Origin: Octopus vulgaris | Taxonomy: Eukaryota | Length of the DNA: 64,000 nucleotides | NCBI GenBank assembly: GCA_951406725.2 | Contig: OX597825.1 | Coordinates: forward strand, 78,120,001 to 78,184,000 | Direction: 5' to 3' | In this document: positions 42,203 to 57,330 of the stretch, piece by piece | Numbering within the stretch: position 1 is the stretch's first letter | How the letters are laid out: each line of letters opens with the position of its first letter | The notes under the pieces: generated by a model | What the model was told of the DNA's origin: nothing | Seen by the model: only the letters and a program-made list of their open reading frames with translations | Databases searched by the model: none | Program-made: the position numbers and the translations under genes

Positions 42203-42760
42203 TGTATGTATGTATGTATGTGTATGTATATATGTACTCTCGCGCGCCACGCACGAAGCCATTTCAACGCGTTTGCAAGTATCTAATAAAAGTAATTTTG
42301 TGGTTCTCTTTTTTGTTCTGTTTTGTTTGTTTGTTTCTTTCTTCTTTCACTTTCGAAAAAAAAAGGTATGTAAAGATGGCGGCGGGTAGAGTAGAAATGC
42401 ACAAGACGATACCATCGCATTCCTTTGGCGCCGATCTTCCACACCTTACCATCACCTTTTCACAAACACAAACATAAAAATTATATAATTCGTTGAGTAA
42501 TTAAACTACCATATATTATCAAGAATAAAAAGCAATTAGTTTCCAAACGGTAAACTTGCCAATGTGACGTGGAGTGTTGTAGCCGAGGGCGAACAGAAAA
42601 AATAGGTTCGCAGTTGAAAAAACATTTAAAACGAAACAATGAAGTTATGCCTGTATTATTGAAGGGGCTGTAGAAGTTTTTTTAGATGTTGCGTTGTTTG
42701 TTTTTTCGAATTTTTTTTTTTTTTTTCGTTTTGTTGTTCTTGTTGCTCGGATTTTTGTTG

Positions 42761-42791
<31 letters not shown>

Positions 42792-43277
42792 GTTATGCTT
42801 TGTTTATTGTTTCTTTGGTTGTTGTTCAATTTTTGTTGAATTTTCTTTCGTGTTTAAATTTGTAAATGCCAAGAAAAAACCCCTATCGTGTTGTCTCCAA
42901 AGCAAAAAAAGAAAGGCAAGGGTTTATATATACGTGTGTGTGTGTGTACGTATATATACATAGGTATATATACATACCTATATATATATGTACATATAAA
43001 CATATATATATACAAACATTATATACATGTATATGCATGTATTTATGTATGTACATGTATATAGATATATATATATATATGTATACATACACACCTACTT
43101 ATACATTAATGTATATATGCATCTGAAGCTGTGCAATTTTACACGTAAGAATGTACGTGTGTCTATAAATACATATGCACGCATATATATTTATATACCC
43201 GTGTTTTTGCATTTCTTTCTCTCTGTCATCTCTCTCTCTCTCTCTCTTTATCTATCTATCTATAAAGATAGATAGAT

Positions 43278-43356
<79 letters not shown>

Positions 43357-43633
43357 TATTTAAATATACAAATATATATTTATATTATATTATATATATA
43401 TATATGCATATATATATATGCATACATACATACATATATATATATACAATTGTAGTGGCGGTTTTTTTGACTTTTTATTAAAATTTTATGTATTGATTAA
43501 GTCTTTCCCTGTTTGTTTTGCAAAATAGTGGTTTTGTCTCTAATAATATTATATAATATTTTACTATAAAATTGGATTTAATCCTAAATCTGATTTTTTC
43601 CCTGTAAATTTGGATTTATTCCCTAATATTTAT

Positions 43634-43699
<66 letters not shown>

Positions 43700-43744
43700 T
43701 GCATACATATGTATATATATATATTCACATGTATGTGTGTGTGC

Positions 43745-43874
43745 GTATTCTTTTATTAGTTTCATTCTATCGGGTACTTTGGCCGAACCGCTAGGTTACG
43801 GGAACGTAAACACGCCGATATCGGTTGTCAAGCGATCGTGGGGGGCGGGTCAAACACGGCCACTTAAACACACA

Positions 43875-43915
<41 letters not shown>

Positions 43916-44073
43916 GGGCTTCCTTCACTTTACGTCTAAAAAGTACAATCACAAGGTTTTGGTCGACCCATGTCTATATTAGAAGAGGAGGTTGCCCAAG
44001 GAGCCACGCAGTGGGACTGAACCCGGAACCATGTGGTCGGTAAGCAAGCTAGTTACAATACAACCACTCCTGC
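43745..44073 (-). mobile_element. SINE family C, diverged
   Basis: Matches the family C head and 3' half with internal (CA)n. Confidence 0.8.
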
Positions 44074-44184
44074 GCCTATATATATAAGTGTGTGTGTGTG
44101 TGTATATATATATATATTTATATATATGTATGTATATATATAAATATATGTATGTATGCATGTATGAGTGTATATATATATATA

Positions 44185-44225
<41 letters not shown>

Positions 44226-44824
44226 ATATATATTAGTGGCTGTTTATTATTTCAACTCGTAGAAATATGTAATATACATAAACAGATGGATCATTTATTA
44301 CCGTTATATAAAATATACTTATATGCACGCGTGAATGTGTGCCATATACACACATTCATACACACACTCATACACACAACGCACGCACGCACACACACAT
44401 ATGTACAAACGTATACGCATATATATTTGCGTGTATTCCATAAAAGAAATTATAGTGTAATACAAGATAGTTTTTTAAAGTATTTATGAATAACACTGGC
44501 GCCGGGAAGCGGGGGCAGGGGACCAGTTGTGGTCATGATGAGGAGGAGGAGGAAGAGGAGAAGGGAGAAGAAGAAGAGGGGGAGGATGAGGAGGAGGCTA
44601 GTCACGATGGTGGTGGTGGTGGTGGTGGTGGTGATTACTTCCATGTAATTTAGTTGCTATGACTGCATAATATTAAAATCACTACAAAACTTTGTACGAA
44701 TAAACACACATACACATACTCACATATATATATATTCATATATATGTGTGTGTGTATGTGTGGACATATATATATATAGATATATAAAATAGATATGCAT
44801 ACATACATTCATACACACTCACAC

Positions 44825-44876
<52 letters not shown>

Positions 44877-45141
44877 GACCCAGAATCCCTTGCACAAATG
44901 AGATAATTGTGTTGCAAACACATTGTCGTCGCAAAGACTTGTTCACCTGTAGCTAACTAACAGTAACATTCGTCCCAGCCGGGACTGCAACATTATGTTG
45001 GCAAATAATGCTGACTTTAGAGCACTGTTATTGAATGTCCCTCGTTGACAGATTTAGATATGTTTACATATATATATCTATTTTATACATATATATCGAA
45101 ATTCTCTCCCTCCCTTTTCGTATTATACATACATACATACG

Positions 45142-45178
<37 letters not shown>

Positions 45179-45246
45179 TAGAGAAAAACCACTGTTAATT
45201 TAATACTAAATGGAATTTTTCCCTGTAAGTTTGAAGTTATACCACC

Positions 45247-45297
<51 letters not shown>

Positions 45298-45372
45298 GTT
45301 TATAGGTATATATGTATATGTATATACATGAATATACATACATGTATATATACCTACATATACGTTATATAC

Positions 45373-45404
<32 letters not shown>

Positions 45405-45476
45405 ATCAAAAAACTTACTTGGAAATGGATGCACCGCGTTCAATTAAATAATGAACAATACATAATATATATGTAC

Positions 45477-45550
<74 letters not shown>

Positions 45551-45651
45551 AGGACGTCACCAACGGTGCAAATAACATGAAATACTTAACGAGAAAATGT
45601 GGAAAACAGGACAAGAAGACATAGAGAAAGGCCCCTTAATCATATATATAT

Positions 45652-45701
<50 letters not shown>

Positions 45702-46819
45702 ATACATATATTATGTATTATTTATTCTTCATATATATATATATATGGGGGAGGGGTAGATAGAGAACGAATCAAGTTACAAAGCGCAAGATCAAATATA
45801 AAAGAACAACAAACGCCTGGGTGACATTCGCAGTTAATATTATTAGGCTGACGCTCAAACAAGGATTAATTTATAAGGTAAACGTTATAGGGTGAAAGTA
45901 TAACGTTTCGGATATCGTCCTTTGTCAAATATAAGGCAAAAGCGCGGGAAAGAGAGGAAATGAAAAGAGGAAAATTGATAAAAAAATGAGATAAGTTATC
46001 CAGGAAAAATACTGATTAACTTGAAGTGTGAGTGGTAGTTGTGGTCTTTAATAGAAAGAGAATACCTGTTGGTATATGTGGGTTTATATATGAGAGAGAA
46101 CGCGTACGTGAGGGTATTGTGTGTATGTATTGTGGGTTTGCGTATATATCTATATTTTGTGCACGCTCGCGTTTGTGTGTTACGTGTACGTGTATGTATA
46201 GGAAGTGGGAGCAGTGTGTTCTGCGGTGTGTATACATGTATCACATGATCACTTAATCGGCCAAACTATCGGATATTGTTATACATCGCTGGCCACATTC
46301 CACTTTAGCTTTCGAATATAACCATAGTTCACACTGGTTTCGTTTCGATTCCTATATGGTTTCGATTCCTATAGAAGTAATGCACTTCGATTGAACCAGT
46401 TTCAGCGAAGGCAAGACATAGTATGCCCCTGCCGTTACTAACAAGCACCAATCACCAGCCCCACCAGCACCTCCACCAGCACCAAAACCACTAACATCAT
46501 CATCATCATCTACATCAACATCGACATAAGCATCACCCCCAACAGTCGTTAACAACAAAACCGGGACCACTTCCACCAACACCACCAACACCACCACCAC
46601 AACTAACATCATCACTACTACTACCTCCACCACTACTACTGCCTCCACCACTCCGACTAACGGCAAAAGTGCAAGAACAAAAATATTGCTTTTGAATAGA
46701 CTGTACGGTTCCCTCGACTGTTGCCAAGACAACCATATTTGAATTCCTTCTGTGCTAAACGAGCTAATCTGGTGGTGGTGGTGGTGAGGGAAGAGGTAAA
46801 AGTGGGGGTAAGTGTGGTG

Positions 46820-47045
46820 GTGCTGAGGTGGTGGCGGCAGCGGTGGCAGTGGTGGCGGAGGCGATGGCGGCGGTGGTGGCGGCGGCGACGGTGGCGGTGG
46901 TAGTGATGGCGGCGGAAGTTGCGGCGGCGGTGGTGGTGGTGGTGGTGGTGGCGACGGCAGCGGTGGTGGTGGCGACGGCAGCGGTGGTGGTGGCGACGGC
47001 AGCGGTGGTGGTGGCGACGGCAGCGGTGGTGGCAGAGGTGGTGGT
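46820..47045. repeat. GC-rich (GGT/GGC)n region with a 21-bp tandem unit
   Basis: gtggtggtggcgacggcagcg repeated about 4 times. Confidence 0.85.
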
Positions 47046-47481
47046 ACATTTAAAAAGAATCGCAGAATTCAAAGATGCTCACTTTACTTTAACTATGATG
47101 TTATATTCTATGATCTATTCACAATTGGTCTTCTGTACCCATAAGCTGCATCACATCAATCTGTTTGGTTCCAAAGAGCCAATGAAGGAGCTGGCGAGAC
47201 TATACGAGGTCACTAAAAGTACTAGAAATAGCAACGAATTCTTTAGATCCCACCCTAAATTATTAAATATTTGGAGCATACATTTATTAAAGTAGTCCTT
47301 TAAACACACAAAACAATGGGACATCCACGGTTGGAAAGCTCTTGATTATATAACCAAGATAAGAATTAAGCTATGGTTAACAGTGACAAAAATGACCACT
47401 CCAACATGGCTTCATTAGAGCCCCCAAAAAAGAGCGATTAGGTTTGGTTATCTTCTTCGAATTACAGCCAGATGCCTTATA

Positions 47482-47696
47482 CAAGGGAATGCCGGAAAAG
47501 TTCCTGGCTTTGGGTTTTAGAAAATACTGGAAGATCAGTTAAGGTTTTATTCAAAGTATTCCCCTCCCGGATTCACATACTTATTGCAGCGGTCTCTCAG
47601 TTTTTCTAATCCCTGTAAGAGAGCTCAGAAGGTTGGACCTCCAACCAGCCCCTTCGCGATAATCTTAAAGCCAGGAACTTTTCAGCACCCGCCTTG
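47482..47696. mobile_element. Mariner-type MITE (about 215 bp) with TA duplication
   Basis: TA-caagggaatgccggaaaagttcctggcttt ... aaagccaggaacttttcagcacccgccttg-TA terminal inverted repeats. Confidence 0.85.
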
Positions 47697-47708
47697 TATG
47701 CATATATA

Positions 47709-47937
47709 TTTCTTTACTACCCACAAGGGGCTAAACACAGAGGGGACAAACAAGGACAGACATAGGTATTAAGTCGATTACATCGACCCCAGTGCGTAAC
47801 TGGTACTTAATTTATCGACCCCGAAAGGATGAAAGGCAAAGTCGACCTCGGCGGAATTTGAACTCAGAACGTAACGGCAGACGAAATACCGCTAAGCATT
47901 TCGCCCGGCGCGCTAACGTTTCTGCCAGCTCGCCGCC
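47709..47937 (-). mobile_element. Young full-length family B SINE with TSD
   Basis: Near-consensus copy flanked by ttgtatg(c/t)atatat on both sides. Confidence 0.9.
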
Positions 47938-48724
47938 TTGTATGTATATATGTGTACATGTTTATGTGTATGTGTCCGTGTGTGTGCGTGCGTGCGTATG
48001 TGTGTGTATGTGTGTGTGTGTGTGTAAATTAGGGATAGTCTATATCAGTGCTCAAGAACCTTTTTCATTTGCGCTACCCTTATATTCTTTTCAAAATTGG
48101 GCCGCACATCTGAACTAAAGTTATAACTAAAAGTATAGGGGACTAAATTATATGCAGGTTACACTGAAGCACTCCTAGCATCGTCTCGTTCCACACCAGT
48201 GTGCCGCGGCATACCACTTGCGGAGCACTGCTCTACATCAAGCATGCGCAATTCTTTTCGAGAAGCAAGCCGCATATGAGACGTGACTCATCTTCACGTA
48301 CATCGCTCTACTAAAAACATAGAGAAAAAATTCAAGGTAATTTTTCCATTAGGGTGCCACTCAATTACTCAGTTACTCATGCGGGCTGCATGTTGTCCAT
48401 GGCACTTTTACATGATGTGCAGACTTGGCAGAAATACCAGTCAAATATTTTTCGAATCACGCCTTACTTTAAAAAGAAGGATACATTCAATGATGTCATA
48501 CAAGAAGATATTCACAATCTTAAATAAGGAAAACACCAATCGGATGCGCATGGAGCCGTTGAAGCGTTGATATGTGGGTTCGAGACTGGCTCGTAATTTT
48601 TCAGTCATTCATTTATATTTAAAAAAACGTCGCTTTAAATCGGAGATAATATATTAAGATATATTATATATATAAACATATTCCATTCGTGACAATCACA
48701 ATTTGTGTGTGAGAGAGAGAGAGA

Positions 48725-48987
48725 GAGACCACGTGGCCATATGAACGACTAAAGTATTGAATGTTGTTAGACTTCGCTGGTGATAATGCACTTTGCATCG
48801 TCTTAGCATTTGAGAGATGCCACCCCGCTGGCAAGGCGAGCAGGCCAACACTCCTCCTTGTTCAAAACGGAGACTGGAGTGACGTAAAATAAAACATTTT
48901 GCTCAAGAACGCAATGCGCCGCCCGGTCTGAGGATCGAACCCGCGATCTCATGATCGTGAGTTCAACAGCCTAACCACTAGGCCACA
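48725..48987 (-). mobile_element. tRNA-derived SINE, family A head with alternative tail
   Basis: Minus strand gtggcctagtggttagg...gcgggttcgatcctcagaccgggcg; tail related to 53440-53548. Confidence 0.75.
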
Positions 48988-49319
48988 CGTCTAAACGTGT
49001 GCGTGCGTCTATGTGTATGTACGTGTGTGTGTGTGTGCATGTGTGTGTACGTGTGTGTGCGTGTGTGTGTATGTGCGTTTGAGTGGGTGTGTGTATGTGA
49101 GTTTACGTGTGTGTGTATGTGTACGTGTGCGTGTGCATGTGTACGTGTGCGTGCATGTGTGTGCATGCACGCGCGGTGCGTGTGTGTGTGTGTGTGTATG
49201 TGTGCGTGTGTGTGTTTGTATACGTGTGTTTGTGCGCGCGCGTCTGCGTGTGTATGTGTGTGTACGTGTGTGTGTATACATGTGCGTGTATACATGTATG
49301 TATACATGTGCGTGTGTGT

Positions 49320-49360
<41 letters not shown>

Positions 49361-50149
49361 TTTGTGTATCAAATGGCGTAAACGGCATAAGTATGTGTCA
49401 CTTACAGTCAGGATTCTGAGCTTTTGAACAGCGATTGAGGATTTTTCGCCCTCCAGCTTTTGTAAGTTTAATGCATGCCTAATAAAAATATAAACATCGC
49501 CTGTGAACGTAGCGTCGTAGCGTGGTCAAGCTGGCTAATGCTCTGGGACAAATTAGCAGTCTCTTTGGGAGCGTGGCCTCTAATCCTACCGCTGCCAATC
49601 ATAGCTTTAATTGTATGTGTGTATGTTATTCAGTTTTATTTCAATATTTCTTGCCAATAGAGAAAAAACCGATTTCTAGCCTAGATCGAATTCGTGATCC
49701 AATTCCTAGGTCCAGTTCAGTGGAATTTCAACAAATTTGACTGGGTAGATTTTTATGTGTGCAAGTATATGGGCAGATTTGTATGTTTTGTTTTATGTAT
49801 GTCTTCTGGTGCATATATTTGCATATCTATTTGTGTTCATATATATTTAAATGTTAAACTTCTGGAAAATTTTACAGATTTTACAGTTCCAGTGATGGAC
49901 TAGATATGCAGTTTTCGAATCAGCTTTCTCTTTTCTTGTCTTGAGAAGCTTCTTTTTTATACATGCATGTACGCATTTATGTATGTATATATGTATGTAT
50001 GTATGTATGTTTGTATGTATGTATGTTTGTATGTATGTATGTATGTATGTATGTATGTATGTATCTATCTATCTATTTATTTATGTATGTATGTATGCAC
50101 GTATGTACGTACGTACGCATGTAGTACGTATGTATGTACTCACGTACAT

Positions 50150-50600
50150 ACATTGATTTGCATTGTGAATCTACTTGGTTTTTGTCTATATTGGCGTTTA
50201 TCCAATTAGTCCTTAATGCTTCATCTTGTATTGCTACTATCAAACTTTCTGTTTCCCTTTTCAGTCTTCCTTTCTGCAACCATAACCATATCTCACTACT
50301 ACTATTTGCTACTACTATATTTGGCAATCTACCAACCAAAGCCTTCTCTTGCCAGTCAGATAATTTTGTTCTTTTTTCTGGTTTTTAGCTCCATTTGGAT
50401 CTTTTGGTTTCCTTATGTCCTGCTATGACTCTAGCTTTATACAGTATTACCTAGATAGGAGGCTTTATCTACTCTAGCTAACCCCAAGCAATCTTCTACT
50501 GATATTAATCCTCTTCCACCTTCCTTTCTAGGTAAGTATAAGCTTGTTACTCCAGCCTTTGGGTGGAGTCCTCCATTCATATTGAATTCCTTCCTAGAAA
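50150..50600 (-). mobile_element. R4/Dong-clade LINE fragment (post-RT region)
   Basis: GGLHPKAGVTSLYLPRKEGGRGLISVED and WLWLQKGRLKRETESLIVAIQDEALRTN; adjacent to (TAA)n. Confidence 0.88.
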
Positions 50601-51149
50601 TTATTATTATTATTATTATTATTATGCCATCAAAGTGACACGGGTAAAATATACGAAGCCCAGCATACCCATCATGACTACCCGTTTGATAAGGGTACAC
50701 CAGGCACATGCATCACAACCATATGTGCGCGACATGGTGATCTCATATCAAGATAAACAGCGCATAACCTTGCATGTGAGGCCCAATTAGAATTTTCTTC
50801 TAGTCGAATAACCCATCCCGCTCAAAAGGTTCCTGAATAAGGGTTGTTTAAGGATGTTGAAAGAACCACCCATGTTTCCAGAGGTGAATTATTCAAACCC
50901 CAAAGAATCCCTCTCAACACATGGCTATGATGCTCCCCCACTACTTCTGCTCGTGATCAGAGATGCACATATCGTCAGCCACTAAGGGACATGTTCAACT
51001 GGTTAAGGTCAAACAACTGACAAGCAAAACTGTGATATTGAGCAGAATATTTGCTGTAGCCCATCTTTTATACCACGACAAAACAATGCACATGATAACA
51101 CTTCCAATCAATTAAGATCAGAAGACGCGAGATCCACTCCCTGGTACTA

Positions 51150-51247
<98 letters not shown>

Positions 51248-51283
51248 CCATCATCATCATCATCCTCATCCTCATCCTCATCC

Positions 51284-51341
<58 letters not shown>

Positions 51342-51355
51342 TATTATTATTATTA

Positions 51356-51411
<56 letters not shown>

Positions 51412-52000
51412 TTCAAAACTATGTGATTCCAATTATGTCAACTTTAACTAAACAACACTAACAAAGAACTTGGTACGACAAAGGTCAGACGTCGGAATAA
51501 CAGTTTCAAAACACTCGCACCGTATCGTTATATAGAAGCTCACTAAATACATAAATTAAACTGTATTTTCATTTCACAGATGCTACCCAAGTTTTCCAGA
51601 AATTATTAACAATTTCATAAGAAAATCAGGCAAGACGTTGATGAGGATGAATTTTCATAATTGCGCAAATGGCAAGATCTTTTCAATTAAGAAGTATTAA
51701 GGTTTAATTTCATCTTGCTGGAAGAATATTTCGATTAGGATTTATTAATAAATGGTCTCCAGCAGTGTTTATTGATGTTATATAAATATTCATCTTAAAA
51801 TTTACGCTACATTGGTTGGAAAACAATTTTTTTTTTATCTCTCGACCAATCATGTCTTTTGAGTTGCTGATCGATTAGTTCGCCGTTTCTTCTATTTATT
51901 AAACCGAGAAAAATATTCCTATTATTGCAGGATGGCATTTCTTAAGCCAGAAGGCAATTTGCTTCTTGCAATTATGGATTATGGAGAATATACAAGTACT

Positions 52001-52198
<198 letters not shown>

Positions 52199-52275
52199 CA
52201 TACACACATATACACACACACATACACACATATACACAAACACATACACAAACACATACACATACACAAACACAT

Positions 52276-52332
<57 letters not shown>

Positions 52333-52780
52333 TTTATTTGTTTAATAACTAACGTGAACATTCCAATAAACAAATGGTTGGGAAGAAATAACTCAAGTCG
52401 GACAAAGGAAGACCGAAAGAAAAAAAAGGGCAACAAAGGAGAAAGTCGATTGGGTGGGATGGGAGACATGGTGAGGTAAGATTGGGGTGGGGGGCTTAGT
52501 TTTATGATTTACGGTGGGGGGAAGAGGAGGAGGAGGAGGAGGAGGAGAAGAATGTGGAGGAGGAGAAGAATGTGGAGGAGGAGAAGGAGGAGGAGGAGGA
52601 GAAGAAGAAGAAGAAGAAGAAGACGGAGGAGGAGGAGAAGAAGAAGAAGAAGAAGAAGAAGAAGAAGAAGAAGAAGAAGAAGAAGAAGAAGAAGACGGAG
52701 GAGAAGAAGAAGAAGAAGAAGAAGAAGAAGTCAATGACAGAAAGCAAAAAGAATCGCTGTGAAGAAATATGGTGTGGAAT

Positions 52781-52827
<47 letters not shown>

Positions 52828-53326
52828 AAATGTTATGCCAAGATTAGAAAGTCAGACATTCACAAAATCCTGTTTCTTCTAATGAAAATTTACCGCTTCT
52901 GTGATTTTGTTAAGCGTTTTTCTTTAACAACGAAAATATCTAGGAGTTGCCATTTTGAAAAGAAAAGCGTAGGGAATAAAGAGATTCTCGGTCGATAAAC
53001 TCTGTACCAGTAAAGTTCTGAGTTCAACGAAATACCCTGTACTCAACCCAGAAAATTTATGTTTGCTCTATTAGTCTACATGAGAAATCCTTATTAATAT
53101 TATTTGGGCGCGATTTATATCGACTTAGCCCCTCTCGCCGCAAATTGCTGGCTTGTGCCAAAATTTGAACTCGCAGAATTATTAGTATTCCAGGCAAAAT
53201 GATTCAGCGATATTTCGTCCGTCTCTTCGTTTTGGGTTCACATTCCGCCGAAGTTGATTTTCGGGATCAATAAAATAAGCACCAGTTGCACAATGGAGTC
53301 AATGTAATTGACTTAGCCCCTCTTCC

Positions 53327-53359
<33 letters not shown>

Positions 53360-54387
53360 GATATATCGGCAGGGGTGGTGATCCCTGCTGTACTCTTTCA
53401 CCACTCTTTCTCTCACTCTTTCTTCTGTTGGCCTGCTCGCTTAGCCAGCGGGGTGGCGTCATTCGAAGGCTAAAACAATGCGAAAGCATTGTGACCAGCG
53501 ATGTGTAACTACATCTGATGGACTGGTCGGTCACGTGATCACGTGATATAGATATATGCATGTGTATATATGTGTGTGTGTATGTGTTTATAAGTATATT
53601 TGTATATGTGTGTTTAAATACCTATATATATGCATATATATATTTACACGCACACACACACACATACATACATACATTCATACTAATATACATACATACA
53701 ATATATACTAATATATACGAACTATATACATACTGTATTCCCATTCTTCCTAGAACGCCTTTTTCATTTCTACATTCAATAACATTTCTCCGTTTATCAA
53801 AGAATATTTCTGACATCTAAATTGAAGCCACTTACGTCATTAACAATAATTGCATCCTGCCGACGAGGCTTGTCCCAACCAAATTAATTCATCGAATAGT
53901 ATTATATATTTTCTCATTCCGTGATTACAATAAAATGTCAAATATAACCAACTTCATCAAATTATTCTGCAAATTTTCCTTTAAGTCAAATTTCTGTTTT
54001 CTAGAAAAAGTAAACCAAGCTTATGTATTTTTCCAGCTATTTTCTCAAATATTATTGCTAGAGTTTCCAAACTGTTTTCACATTCACAAACACAGCTTCA
54101 GACGTTGTTTACTCTGAATTATTTTGTTTACACCCAATAATAAATGTGTATGTGAGTGTGAGTGTGCTGGTTGTCTCCACTGAACTTAATAAAATAAACC
54201 CCCTCCCCAATGGTAAATCTAAATAACAAAGTAAATTCAGTGATAAGAAATCTACCCATGAGTAAAGATCATTTACGACCACGTATCTATTGATGAGATT
54301 CACCTCTCTTTCTACATACTTTCCCTCTTTGTAATGTTGGCAAATGGAATAAGTATATAAAAATGAATATTGTCAATTTAATTTTTT

Positions 54388-54541
54388 AAATTCCATATGT
54401 GGCTGAAGATTGCTCTACATTTTAAAACTGATGTAACACTTACATTGTTTAATTAAATGAAGTAGCATGAAACGATTGTACTACACTACCTTTGATATCC
54501 TTGTTGCTTATTTTGATTATATATATATATATATATATATA

Positions 54542-54591
<50 letters not shown>

Positions 54592-54719
54592 CAAAATAAG
54601 CAACAAGGATATCAAAGGTAGTGTAGTACAATCGTTTCATGCTACTTCATTTAATTAAACAATGTAAGTGTTACATCAGTTTTTAAATGTAGAGCAATCT
54701 TCAGCCACATATGGAATTT
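54388..54719. repeat. Near-perfect palindrome: arms of about 132 bp around a (TA)n centre
   Basis: Arms differ by one visible mismatch; the supplied ORFs 54449..54640(-) and 54467..54658(+) are nearly identical. Confidence 0.97.
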
Positions 54720-54783
54720 GTGGAATACGGAATATATATATATATGGAATATATATATATATATGGAATATATATATATATAT

Positions 54784-54819
<36 letters not shown>

Positions 54820-54822
<3 letters not shown>

Positions 54823-54969
54823 TCAAGGAAATTCCAACTTTGTCCGATTTTCACGTTTTATTTACAAACTTATCTTAAATATAAAGCTGAAGGGTCTCGG
54901 AGGAGATAGTGTTAGTTGAAGGCTACCAAACCTGCCATACACAGACAACTTCAGCTTTATATATATAGA
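54820..54969 (-). mobile_element. Helitron-like 5' fragment
   Basis: Minus strand A|TCtatatatataaagctgaagttgtctgtg, with an inverted copy of tataaagctgaag at about 54880. Confidence 0.55.
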
Positions 54970-54972
54970 TAT

Positions 54973-55132
54973 GGAGTGGCTGTGTGGTAAATAGCTTGCT
55001 TGCCAACCACATGGTTCCGTGTTCGGTCCCACTGCGTAGCACCTTGGGCAAGTGTCTTCTACTATAGCTTCGGGCCGACCAAAGCCTTGTGAGTGGATTT
55101 GGTAGATGGAAACTGAAAGAAGCCCGTCCGTT

Positions 55133-55188
<56 letters not shown>

Positions 55189-55407
55189 TGTGTGTGTTTG
55201 TGTGTCTGTGTTTGTCCCCCTAACATTGCTTGACAACCGATGCTGGTGTGTTTATGCCCTCCTTACTTAGCGGTTCGACAAAAGAGACCGATAGAATAAG
55301 TAATGGGCTTACAAAAGAATAAGTCCCGAGGTCGAGTTGCTCGATTAAAGGCGGTGCTCCAGCATGGCCGCAGTCAAATGACTGAAACAAGTAAAAGAGT
55401 AAAAGAG
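54973..55407 (+). mobile_element. SINE family C, full length
   Basis: tRNA-like head, gcaccttgggcaagtgtctt CORE-like segment, internal (TA)n(TG)n, (gagtaaaa)n tail. Confidence 0.9.
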
Positions 55408-56329
55408 AGAAAGAGTATATATATATATATATACTCTTTCTCTCTTTATATATACATATGTGTGTGTGTTTTTGTGTGTGTGTGTTTTTGTGTGTGTGTT
55501 TGTGTGTATGAGAGTGTGTTTGTGTGTGCGAGTGTGTGTGTGTATAAACATGATCGATTCATCAACCACTGTTTCATTCATTTTCAAATTTCCTAAAGCA
55601 AAAGATAAAAACGTAGGAAAAACGATGGATGTGACTGGGGTTTTTTTCTCCCCCTATCACAAAATGGCCACTATCTCGACTTGGTAGGATTTAGTAATGC
55701 TTGTTAGAACAAGGCCTTAACACATTGAAGTTCAAACAAAACAATCAGTGAACATCTAAATCCCATTGATTAAAAACTCTATCAATTTCTCTGTAAATCA
55801 ATTGGATCAATAGGTTGTTGACGTTAAAAAGACCAATGATATGAATAATTTAACCCGGATTAATCACCCTAGTAATTACTTATAGTCGTAATAGTTCGTA
55901 ATACATTACCATAAATTATCATAAATTAACTGGTTAGTTTATAAAAAAATATTCAGATGTGTCAGCACCATATTGAAAGTGTATCAAACTTGGTTAAATA
56001 TTCTATCTCTCAAGGATACACAAAACTGGGGAAATAGGGGGTGCATTCATCCAATTAATGATGAAGAGAGGAATTCTGGTATCTTTCGCTTATGTATAGA
56101 ATTCTTTATTCCCCTCTCGGCCATTTTTAACGTTGACTTTATATTTTCAAAATGTCGTTCCCGGTCAATGACTTCTATTTAATTCATAGAATATTCATGA
56201 CTATTTGTCCTAATGCCTTTCTTTTTTAGTTATTATCATGATCTTATTTTGATTTGGCTGCTATTTCTAGTAGATTGAGGAAGCACCTACAAGATTCCTC
56301 ATGTTTTTGTCGTTGTTTCGATGAGGTTA

Positions 56330-56404
<75 letters not shown>

Positions 56405-56542
56405 TAGTTTTATTTTTATAGCGTGCTTTCACTTCACTACCGAGCGCAGCTCTGTGTGCCTTGGGTATGTGCTGTGATTTGTTGTGATGCTCTGATGGTT
56501 ATTGTATGGAAAGTGTTCTGCGTAGGATGTGTGCAGTGCCTA

Positions 56543-56991
56543 AGGCGACGAGCTGGCAGAAACGTTAGCATGCTGGGCGAAATGCGTAGCCGTATTTCAT
56601 CTGCCGTTACGTTCTGAGTTCAATTTCCGCCGAGGTCGACTTTGCGTTCATCCTTTCGGGGTCGATTAAATAAATACCAGTTACGCACTGGGGTCGATGT
56701 AATCGACTTAATCGCTTTGTCTGTCCTTGTTCGTCATCTTTGTATTTAGCTCCTTGTGGGTAGTAAAGAAATAGGTATTTCGTCTGTCTTTACGTTCTGA
56801 GTTCAAATTCCGCTGAGGTCGACTTTGCTTTTCATCCTTTCGGGGTCGATAAATTAAGTACCAATTGCGTACTGGGGTCGATCTAATCGACTGGCCCCTC
56901 CCCAAAAATTTCGGGTTCCGTGCTTAGAGTAGAAAAATTATCATCATCATTATTATTATTATTATTATTATTATCATCATCATCATCATCG

Positions 56992-57025
<34 letters not shown>

Positions 57026-57239
57026 ATAAGGCAGCGAGCTGGCAGAACCGTTAGCACGCTGGACGAAATGCTTAGCCCATCGCTACGTTCTGAGTTCAAG
57101 ATCCGCCGAGGTCGACTTTGCTTTTCATCCTTTCGGGGTCGATAAATTAAGTACCAGTTGCGTACTGGGGTCGATCTAATCGACTGGCCCATCCCCCAAA
57201 ATTTCGGGCTCCGTGCTTAGAGTAGAAAAATTATTATCA

Positions 57240-57330
<91 letters not shown>

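Noticed and set aside
52465-52482. ATGGTGAG|gtaag as a first coding exon
   Set aside because: Isolated motif between microsatellites with no downstream exon or promoter evidence.
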